A stretch of DNA of 31,179 nt. Origin: a virus (lineage: Duplodnaviria; Caudoviricetes). Positions 1 to 6,237 of the stretch are shown in pieces (position 1 is the first letter of the stretch; the number at the start of each line of letters is the position of its first letter). The position numbers were made by a program, and so were the translations under genes. The notes under the pieces are model-generated. The model had not been told where the DNA came from and ran no database searches. It was given only the letters and a program-made list of their open reading frames with translations. The DNA is taken from IMG/VR virus record IMGVR_UViG_3300033493_000011, positions 1 to 31,179 of that record, one strand, 5' to 3'.

Positions 1-350
1 TCCAGGGCGCCTACCTCCGGGGCGCCGACCTCCAGGGCGCCAACCTCCAGGGCGCCTACCTCCAGGGCGCCTACCTCCGGGGCGCCGACCTCCAGGGCGC
101 CTACCTCCAGGGCGCCTACCTCCGGGGCGCCGACCTCCAGGGCGCCAACCTCCAGGGCGCCTACCTCCAGGGCGCCTACCTCCGGGGCGCCGACCTCCAG
201 GGCGCCTACCTCCAGGGCGCCTACCTCCAGGGCGCCAACCTCCGGTGCGCCGACCTCCGGTGCGCCGACCTCCGGTGCGCCGACCTCCGGTGCGCCGACC
301 TTCAGGGCGCCCACCTCTGGGGCGCCGACCTCCGGGGCGCCCACTTCTGG
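1..350 (+). repeat. 15-bp coding tandem repeat, about 23 units, consensus CTCC(A/G)GGGCGCC(T/G/A/C)AC
   Basis: Directly visible; encodes the pentapeptide units. Confidence 0.95.
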
Positions 351-617
351 GACATGAAGATTCGCTCTGCCACCGTCTTCACGGGCCTCTATGCCTACCT
401 CGCCATGCCGGTGATTGCCGAGGATGGGACGGAATACGTCCGTCTCGGCTGCCACTTCCACAAGGTCTCTGAATGGGAAGAGAACTTCTGGAACAACGAC
501 CAGGATTTCCCGAACGATGGCAGCGCCAAGAGCCAAGAGCGGCTCATGGCCTATCGGACGTGCCTGGAATGGCTTCGCATTCACCGCGAGGCGGCCAAGG
601 AAGAAGGTGCTAAGTGA
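3..617 (+). CDS. Pentapeptide-repeat protein (5' truncated) with non-repeat C-terminal domain
   Basis: Frame starting at nt 3 reads QGAYL-RGADL-QGANL... without stops and is in frame with ORF 354..617 (VRLGCHFHKVSEWEENFW, resembling the C-terminal domain of phage pentapeptide proteins). Confidence 0.9.
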   Translation, partial: QGAYLRGADLQGANLQGAYLQGAYLRGADLQGAYLQGAYLRGADLQGANLQGAYLQGAYLRGADLQGAYLQGAYLQGANLRCADLRCADLRCADLRCADLQGAHLWGADLRGAHFWDMKIRSATVFTGLYAYLAMPVIAEDGTEYVRLGCHFHKVSEWEENFWNNDQDFPNDGSAKSQERLMAYRTCLEWLRIHREAAKEEGAK

Positions 618-949
618 ACACCGAACAGAAATCCCTCGATGATCTTTTTGGTCCTGATGGCCTGGGCTCCGATTCCGGGCTGCTCAATCGCCTCCCCTGG
701 CTATCCCGTGAGTCCGCTTCCACGCCAGATCTCGTGGAGGCCCTGGATCTGCTCCCGGAGATCGCACGCTGTCTTCGGAGCCGAATCAGCGCCCGCAACA
801 TCATCGCTTCCGCCAACCGGAAGTGCCCCGCGACCATGGCTGAGGTTGTGGCCGATACCTATGCCAAGAATGAAGCGCAGAAGGTAGATAATGCCCATGT
901 CCATCCTGGTTTCGCGCCCATTCTCAACATGATGCGGGGTGACAAGTGA
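614..949 (+). CDS. Hypothetical phage protein
   Basis: GTGA overlaps at both ends; 111 aa. Confidence 0.75.
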   Translation: MNTEQKSLDDLFGPDGLGSDSGLLNRLPWLSRESASTPDLVEALDLLPEIARCLRSRISARNIIASANRKCPATMAEVVADTYAKNEAQKVDNAHVHPGFAPILNMMRGDK

Positions 950-1110
950 AGAATGAGATTTGCATCCTTAAACCTCACTCTGGGAAAGTTATTTTCTGTG
1001 CTGTGGTCCATGGCGAATTCGGCCACGCCACAATCTACATGGACGATATCACGCCAGAGCGTCTCCGAGAGGCCGCGAACGAAATGGAAAACATGAAAGG
1101 GGATAAGTGA
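946..1110 (+). CDS. Small hypothetical protein (54 aa, MKNEICILKPHSG...MKGDK), absent from ORF track
   Basis: Translated manually; fills the gap exactly with GTGA overlaps on both sides. Confidence 0.75.
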   Translation: MKNEICILKPHSGKVIFCAVVHGEFGHATIYMDDITPERLREAANEMENMKGDK

Positions 1111-1346
1111 GCCTCACGACTACCGAATCCGCCGCGCTGGAAGCCTTCGTGCTATTCGAGGTCGCCATTTCCTCACTGGAGATCATCGCCAACGGTGGGC
1201 ACCAGTGCTGCGATAAAGCCGATCTCATGGCCGAGGCTCAAAACCTGCTCCAAATGACCCGGTCCGATGCCGTGAAGGCTCACAAGGAAACCGGAATGAT
1301 GGACGAAATCAACCGCATTTCAGCGAAGAATCAGGAGGGCAAGTGA
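1107..1346 (+). CDS. Hypothetical phage protein
   Basis: GTGA coupling to neighbours; purine-rich RBS AAAGGGGA upstream. Confidence 0.75.
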   Translation: MSLTTTESAALEAFVLFEVAISSLEIIANGGHQCCDKADLMAEAQNLLQMTRSDAVKAHKETGMMDEINRISAKNQEGK

Positions 1347-1984
1347 GCCAAATGAATATCTACCAGCGACTTAACACCATCCGGGAGAAGGTGGCTTACA
1401 TCCGAAAGGACAAGAAGGTAGAGAACTATACCGCAGTCAGCCATGACGCGGTTGTAGCAGAGACGCGTCCGTGGTTCATCGAGGTGGGAGTGCTGATCTT
1501 CCCCTCCGTGGCATCCAGCGCCATGATCGACACAGGATGCAAGAGTCAGAAGGGGAACCCGCTCTATCGGTATGAAGGCCGGTTTATTGTGCGGTTCCAA
1601 AACTGCGATGATCCCATGGATTTCGCCTCTGTCGAGGTGGATGCGCACGCGAATGACTATGGGGACAAGGCACCAGGGAAGGCAATCACTTATGCCACCA
1701 AATCAGCGATCCTAAAGGTTCTATTCCTGGAGACGGGCGACAACGAAGAGGCCCGGACAACCATCAACATGACCCCTGGGGATGAAGTTACCCCTGAAGA
1801 AATGGTGCCAATGCTGAAAGCCATCAAGGAAGCCAAAGATTTGGAAACGCTTCTTGAAGTCTACGCAACGGCCTTTGCGCGTGCTGAAAAGGATAAGGAC
1901 GCGCGGGATACGATCATCCAAGCCAAAAATGCTCGCCAGATTGTGCTTAAAGGTGCAGCGAAACTCGCAGGGGGGGCAAAGTGA
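1343..1984 (+). CDS. erf: ERF-family single-strand annealing protein
   Basis: MNIYQRL N-terminus and GKAITYATKSAILKVLFLETGD motif typical of ERF; adjacent to an exonuclease. Confidence 0.85.
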   Translation: MSQMNIYQRLNTIREKVAYIRKDKKVENYTAVSHDAVVAETRPWFIEVGVLIFPSVASSAMIDTGCKSQKGNPLYRYEGRFIVRFQNCDDPMDFASVEVDAHANDYGDKAPGKAITYATKSAILKVLFLETGDNEEARTTINMTPGDEVTPEEMVPMLKAIKEAKDLETLLEVYATAFARAEKDKDARDTIIQAKNARQIVLKGAAKLAGGAK

Positions 1985-2613
1985 AAGTGCTTGATCTCGA
2001 ACAGGGAACAGACGAATGGAAGGCTGCCCGCGCTGGCATGGTCACGGCTTCCCGCATCGTGGACGTCATGGCCAAGATCAAGACGGGCGAGGCCGCTACG
2101 CGCCGCGACTACCGCTGCCAGATCGTGGCGGAGATTCTGACCGGGAAGCCCCAGGATGACGTTTTCACGAATGACGCCATGCGCTGGGGAACCGAACAGG
2201 AACCTTACGCCAGGGGCGCCTACGAAGTCGCTAGGGGCGTCCTGGTGGATCAGGTAGGCCTCGTCCTGCACCCATCTATCGAGCGCGGTGCGGCCTCTCC
2301 CGATGGTCTGGTGGATCCCGATGGTCTGGTGGAGATCAAGTGTCCCAAGACGGCCACCCATCTGGATTACCTAATGGCCGGCGGAGTGCCCATGAAATAC
2401 CAGCCTCAGATGCTCTGGCAGATGGCCTGCACGGGCCGGAACTGGTGCGACTTCGTGAGCTACGACTCCCGCCTCCCCCAAGACCTCCAGCTTTTCGTGG
2501 TCCGGTTCCACCGAGACCAAGCCCGAATTGACGCTATGGAGGCCGAAGTTCGTAACTTCTTTACAGAAGTTAATAGAACTTTGCAGAATCTCAACAACCG
2601 GAGGAAGGCATGA
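1981..2613 (+). CDS. YqaJ / lambda-exonuclease family protein
   Basis: QGTDEWKAARAGMVTAS, AMRWGTEQE, ASPDGLV, EIKCP and QxQxxWQM motifs. Confidence 0.93.
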   Translation: MKVLDLEQGTDEWKAARAGMVTASRIVDVMAKIKTGEAATRRDYRCQIVAEILTGKPQDDVFTNDAMRWGTEQEPYARGAYEVARGVLVDQVGLVLHPSIERGAASPDGLVDPDGLVEIKCPKTATHLDYLMAGGVPMKYQPQMLWQMACTGRNWCDFVSYDSRLPQDLQLFVVRFHRDQARIDAMEAEVRNFFTEVNRTLQNLNNRRKA

Positions 2614-2978
2614 TCTGCCGCGCCAAATTCTGCCAAAACACCGCCATTGAAGGCGAAACACTCTGTGGAGTCCATGACGAGATGGCCGAAGACGGTGAGC
2701 ATGTAGCCATGAAGCGCAGCCCTCGCAAGCGCCCCCGTCCAGTGGATTACCTGGAGCGGGAACACGCGAAGAAGGCCGCTCAGTGGCAGGCGAAGAAGTC
2801 CGAGGAACAGGTCAAGCGCGACCACGCCAGAGAAGTGATCCTACAGATCATCGCCAAACGCCGGGAGAAGTCTCGTCCGCTCTGTTCCGCCATGGTCAAA
2901 AAGGGCATGGAGCGTTGCCACTTCCACGCGACCCATGGAAATTTCTGCCACATTCATAAATCCCTTGCGGAGGGCTGA
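2610..2978 (+). CDS. Hypothetical protein with two Cys/His (zinc-binding-like) clusters
   Basis: C-x4-C...C-x2-H at the N-terminus and C...C...C-x2-H at the C-terminus; ATGA overlap with YqaJ. Confidence 0.7.
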   Translation: MICRAKFCQNTAIEGETLCGVHDEMAEDGEHVAMKRSPRKRPRPVDYLEREHAKKAAQWQAKKSEEQVKRDHAREVILQIIAKRREKSRPLCSAMVKKGMERCHFHATHGNFCHIHKSLAEG

Positions 2979-2979
2979 C

Positions 2980-3150
2980 ATGGGCTTATATTCTCCTGTG
3001 GAGGCCATGGAAGCGTGGAACCCCACCACTCAGATTAGCGCCAGGCTCAAGCAAGCGGAATTCCTGCTATTTCTTGCGGCCACGGCGCTTCCAGTAAACA
3101 ACCCGGTGCATCAACGCATCGTCAACTTTCTTCCGAAGGAGAAGCCGTGA
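2980..3150 (+). CDS. Small hypothetical protein
   Basis: ATG 2980 with GGAGG RBS, in frame with ORF 2935..3150. Confidence 0.65.
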   Translation: MGLYSPVEAMEAWNPTTQISARLKQAEFLLFLAATALPVNNPVHQRIVNFLPKEKP

Positions 3151-3479
3151 CCACCGAACACGAGCAGGACGTGCAGATCGTGAAGGATGCGCTTTGGCCG
3201 CTAGGCAACGGCCCCGCGCGTATCGCTCTTCGCCGCATCCTCGCCCGCCTGGAGAAGGCGGAGGCATCCGACGCCGAATCTCTCCGGCTCTACCGAAGTG
3301 CCCGGGACCGTGCTGACGTCCTCGCCGCCAGGGTGCGGGACCTCAAACTGGCTTTGCAGCGCATCGAGGGTCACACCGGTCCGAACGTAGTCCCCGGAAC
3401 GCCTGCTCCCGATCCGAAGTGGATCAACGCCATCGCCCGCGCCGCGCTCCGCAACGAATCACCAGAGGGGGAGTTATGA
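3147..3479 (+). CDS. Hypothetical coiled-coil phage protein
   Basis: AAGGAG RBS, GTGA and ATGA overlaps. Confidence 0.75.
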   Translation: MTTEHEQDVQIVKDALWPLGNGPARIALRRILARLEKAEASDAESLRLYRSARDRADVLAARVRDLKLALQRIEGHTGPNVVPGTPAPDPKWINAIARAALRNESPEGEL

Positions 3480-3757
3480 GCGACATAACGAAGGCGGGGT
3501 CCGGCTTGAGCGGAGGGTTAGGCGGTGAAATATTCAAAGTCGAATACCGCCTTTCCCTAGAGTTCCAGGCCACATCGCTGGATGGCATTCGGGAACGCCT
3601 GCCCAAGGGTGCCCAGATCATCGCCGTGAACGACCGCGAGTTTGTGGCCTTCTGCGAGTGCTGCGGGAAGGTCATTTGTGAGGGCGACGGCTACTACTGC
3701 GATGGGGATTGCCATCTCTGCATCCCTTGTGGAGACGAACTGAAGGCTGACGCCTAA
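3476..3757 (+). CDS. Cassette 1 protein, Cys-rich (FCECCGKVIC...CHLCIPC)
   Basis: ATG 3476 overlaps upstream TGA, GGGGGAG RBS; stop TAA lies within GCCTAAC. Confidence 0.75.
   Translation: MSDITKAGSGLSGGLGGEIFKVEYRLSLEFQATSLDGIRERLPKGAQIIAVNDREFVAFCECCGKVICEGDGYYCDGDCHLCIPCGDELKADA
3483..3523 (-). repeat. Collapsed/half attC site
   Basis: GGCGGGGTCCGGCTTGAGCGGAGGGTTAGGC closely matches the right arm of the 4700-4797 site; the partner arm is missing. Confidence 0.7.
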
Positions 3758-3807
3758 CTTCGGAGTTCAGCGGCCCCGCAGGGGTCCGTTGGAACGACTG
3801 GTTAGAC
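3752..3807 (-). repeat. attC-like site 1 (56 bp)
   Basis: Minus strand: GTCTAAC CAGTC GTTCCAAC GGACCCC TGC GGGGCC GCTGAAC TCCGAA GTTAGGC, canonical R''-L''-L'-R' layout. Confidence 0.88.
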
Positions 3808-3832
3808 CGCGAACAACGAAAGGGAGAGGACC

Positions 3833-4030
3833 ATGCAACTCAACACCACGCTCGTCCGCAACGCAATCGCCAACGCGCGACCCCACAAGTGCAGGCCTGT
3901 CCCGCGCTGGGCTGCCGTCTGCGATGTCCTTGCCGTTGGTAGCACCACCGCAAAGCAGCTCTGCCTTGATCACGGCTTCGACCCCAACGAGGAGGTTGAC
4001 GGCCCCATCTGTGAAACATGTGAGCCGTGA
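3833..4030 (+). CDS. Cassette 2 protein, hypothetical
   Basis: AGGGAGAGGA RBS; 65 aa between two attC sites. Confidence 0.75.
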   Translation: MQLNTTLVRNAIANARPHKCRPVPRWAAVCDVLAVGSTTAKQLCLDHGFDPNEEVDGPICETCEP

Positions 4031-4038
4031 AACGAGCG

Positions 4039-4139
4039 GTCTAACGCCCCGAGCTGACCGGCCCTGCCGGAGAAAGGAACCGACATGACAAATCAAAACG
4101 CACCTGAGGCAGGGTCCGAGTCGAGCGCCGTGGTTAGGC
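4039..4139 (-). repeat. attC-like site 2 (101 bp)
   Basis: GTCTAAC..GCTGAC CGG CCCTGCC / GGCAGGG T CCG A GTC G AGC..GTTAGGC; three unpaired bases on the right arm. Confidence 0.88.
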
Positions 4140-4348
4140 TGCGTACGCCTTTGGGTTCGACTGTGATTCTGTCTGGGAAACATCGCGGTCGGGTTGATGT
4201 GGAATTCGACTGGCTTGAGGAAGACCCCGCCTGCATTGATTGCGAGGTGGACATTGACGCCAGCCGAGACACGAACTGGACGACGCTCATTTGGGGCTGC
4301 TGCGAATGCACTGGTGGTCAAGCGCCACTTGAACCCGTGGACGCCTAA
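4085..4348 (+). CDS. Cassette 3 protein, Cys-containing hypothetical
   Basis: AGAAAGGA RBS and ATG lie inside the attC2 loop; stop lies in GCCTAAC. Confidence 0.75.
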   Translation: MTNQNAPEAGSESSAVVRLRTPLGSTVILSGKHRGRVDVEFDWLEEDPACIDCEVDIDASRDTNWTTLIWGCCECTGGQAPLEPVDA

Positions 4349-4440
4349 CGACCGGCCTTAACCGGCCCCAGCGTGGAACCACAACAAAACCGTAGGACCC
4401 AGCAATGGCGCTGGGGTCCGAGTTGAGGCAGGGGTTAGGC
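4343..4440 (-). repeat. attC-like site 3 (98 bp)
   Basis: GCCTAAC..GCCTTAAC CGG CCCCAGCG / CGCTGGGG T CCG A GTTGAGGC..GTTAGGC. Confidence 0.88.
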
Positions 4441-4441
4441 G

Positions 4442-4705
4442 ATGAACAAATTCTTTAGTTATTCCCCCAACGGCAGCGGATTGGGGTTTCACAGCACCGC
4501 CGAAGAAGCCAGGGCGGCAGCGGAATCTGAACTCGACCAGGAACGCGACCTAGCCGGAGAGGGCTGGTCAGAGGAGGTCGGTCAAATTTGCTGGGGTGAG
4601 GTTCGGCAGTTCGCCAAGGAATCCCAAACCCCAGCGGAAGAGGGCGCGATGTTCGAGGGGAAGCCTATCGACCATTACGTCTCTTTCGATCTCGTTGACG
4701 CCTAA
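4442..4705 (+). CDS. Cassette 4 protein, hypothetical phage-type protein
   Basis: ATG 1 nt after GTTAGGC; stop in GCCTAAC; FHSTAEEARAAAE...GWSEEVGQICWG resembles small phage proteins. Confidence 0.8.
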   Translation: MNKFFSYSPNGSGLGFHSTAEEARAAAESELDQERDLAGEGWSEEVGQICWGEVRQFAKESQTPAEEGAMFEGKPIDHYVSFDLVDA

Positions 4706-4797
4706 CGATCCAAGCTCACCGGCCCTGCCGCGCGGTGAGCCACAAACTACCAAATATCGGACTTGCGGCAGGGTCCGAGTGGAGCGGAGGGTTAGGC
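4700..4797 (-). repeat. attC-like site 4 (98 bp)
   Basis: GCCTAAC..GCTCAC CGG CCCTGCCGC / GCGGCAGGG T CCG A GTG G AGC..GTTAGGC. Confidence 0.88.
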
Positions 4798-5136
4798 ATG
4801 TCTCAAAAGACGACTGGAGCTGAGTGGAAGCGGTATTACAAAGACCAAACGGCATGGCCCGAAGGCTGGTATCACGAAGACGAGGAAATCACCATTAACG
4901 GGCGAGTCGATGAGGAGGCCGATCTTAGTGCCGTCTCGGATGACGCTGTAATCGTGGTATCAGGCGGAATTATTTATGAAGGTGATTCCAGCAAGGAGGG
5001 CAGCTCGCTTGAGGGCCACTTCAAAAAGTGGAAGAAGGCTCAAACAATGGCTGTTCTGATGGTCGAAGTGTCCAAAGACAAAACCGATGCAGTGAAGCAG
5101 GCCATTAAGGGATCTGGCGGGAAGGTCATCGCCTAA
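4798..5136 (+). CDS. Cassette 5 protein, hypothetical (possible upstream GTG at 4735 in the attC loop)
   Basis: ATG directly after GTTAGGC, with GGAGG in the attC arm as RBS; stop in GCCTAAC. Confidence 0.8.
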   Translation: MSQKTTGAEWKRYYKDQTAWPEGWYHEDEEITINGRVDEEADLSAVSDDAVIVVSGGIIYEGDSSKEGSSLEGHFKKWKKAQTMAVLMVEVSKDKTDAVKQAIKGSGGKVIA

Positions 5137-5225
5137 CGTTTGCATAACCGGCCCCAGCGCAGGCCGGAACCATCAGAAACCGAATCGCACCCGCGCTGGG
5201 GTCCGAGTTGATGCAGGGGTTAGGC
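5131..5225 (-). repeat. attC-like site 5 (95 bp)
   Basis: GCCTAAC GTTT GCATAAC CGG CCCCAGCGC / GCGCTGGGG T CCG A GTT G ATGC AGGG GTTAGGC. Confidence 0.88.
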
Positions 5226-5226
5226 G

Positions 5227-5502
5227 ATGGCTGAACTCATTTTGACCGAAGAAGAAAAGGCCGCTGCTACATGGCTTGAGCTGTCCGACGATGCCGTTGG
5301 GAAACTCACCAAGAAGGTGGTCCTCGACATCGTGAAAATCGGAAATGAACAGGGGCGCGTGTGGACGATGAGCGCCGCCCTGATCCTGATCGGCCATGCC
5401 GCCGACATGAACGCCACCACCAGCACGATCACCATCAACGGCTTCACCCACGGGGCCGAGAGGTTGGGCGATTGGGAAGTAACCGTCAAGAAACTCGCCT
5501 AA
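5227..5502 (+). CDS. Cassette 6 protein, hypothetical
   Basis: ATG 1 nt after GTTAGGC; stop TAA in the lone GCCTAAC at 5497-5503. Confidence 0.8.
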   Translation: MAELILTEEEKAAATWLELSDDAVGKLTKKVVLDIVKIGNEQGRVWTMSAALILIGHAADMNATTSTITINGFTHGAERLGDWEVTVKKLA

Positions 5503-5547
5503 CCCCCAACCGCTCCGCGTGGGGCTGATAACAATCGGTATGGAGCC

Positions 5548-5736
5548 ATGTGGCAACCCATCAAAACCTACGATGCACTCCCACTGAAGAAGCGTCCACG
5601 TTTCGCGGTGTTCTACTTCCCTGAAGAACAAGATGGCAGGATGAATCTACGCGCAATGGTGCAACCCGAGCGGAGTTATGGCGCACGGGTCTGCACTCTC
5701 TGGATGCTGATTCCAGACCCCGATTCAACCAAGTAA
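5548..5736 (+). CDS. Small phage protein (MWQPIKT, DUF551-like N-terminus)
   Basis: GGAG RBS; WQPI start and W-x-x-I-P-x-P end typical of DUF551-like proteins. Confidence 0.65.
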   Translation: MWQPIKTYDALPLKKRPRFAVFYFPEEQDGRMNLRAMVQPERSYGARVCTLWMLIPDPDSTK

Positions 5737-5774
5737 TCAATACCAATCGTTAACCGCACCCAAGAAAGGAATCC

Positions 5775-5990
5775 ATGAGCGTCACGATCCCCACCATTGA
5801 AACCATTCCGTCGAATGTCACTCTGCGGGACTGCCTGCTTCGTGATCTCAATGCAGGATCTCGCATCCGTCCGTCGAAGTGGGGGAAGGAGCACGGGTTC
5901 AAGTGGCAGGCCGTTTCGGTGGAACTCACCAAGATGGCCAAGGAAGGCCTATGCGAGTGCTACGCCGGGGACTACTTCATCAGGAAGTAA
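5775..5990 (+). CDS. Small hypothetical protein, possible winged helix
   Basis: AGAAAGGA RBS; QAVSVELTKMAKEGL pattern. Confidence 0.7.
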   Translation: MSVTIPTIETIPSNVTLRDCLLRDLNAGSRIRPSKWGKEHGFKWQAVSVELTKMAKEGLCECYAGDYFIRK

Positions 5991-6027
5991 CAATCGTTAA
6001 CCGCCCCGCGTGGGCAGGAGATGAGAG

Positions 6028-6237
6028 ATGGATGTCTGGCTGGATTGGGAAGACGAGCGTGGCAAACATCAAACCAACGAACGTGTCTGGCACCCCGTTC
6101 CATCAGATGGTGTCGTTCCCTTTATGCAGAATGACGCCACTTATCACGGATGGCAGCAGGGCCGCATCGCAAATCGCCCAGAAAATGCCCACGCAAGCGA
6201 CATTTACCCCACCCACCCCGCACCGGAGAAGCCGTGA
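6028..6237 (+). CDS. Small hypothetical protein
   Basis: AGGAG upstream; GTGA overlap with the next gene. Confidence 0.6.
   Translation: MDVWLDWEDERGKHQTNERVWHPVPSDGVVPFMQNDATYHGWQQGRIANRPENAHASDIYPTHPAPEKP

Larger units (their letters stand above)
3483..5503. mobile_element. Integron-like gene cassette array (attC cluster, no integrase in window), six cassettes
   Basis: Five imperfect palindromes bounded by RYYTAAC...GTTAGRC with L boxes and bulged bases, each between single small ORFs; degenerate sites at both ends. Confidence 0.88.

Noticed and set aside
1-350. CRISPR array or DGR variable region
   Set aside because: Contiguous in-frame 15-mers without spacers; no reverse transcriptase or template repeat in the window.
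245-472. Arg/Pro-rich repeat ORF
   Set aside because: Alternative frame of the pentapeptide repeat.
3767-4321. Minus-strand ORFs across the cassette array that would restore canonical gene-attC orientation
   Set aside because: They cross attC boundaries and lack RBS, whereas the + ORFs fit the cassettes exactly.
3752-5225. Palindromes as rho-independent terminators, REP elements or a CRISPR array
   Set aside because: No U-tracts, loops up to ~45 nt, conserved bulges and R boxes, and gene-sized spacers; the attC model fits much better.
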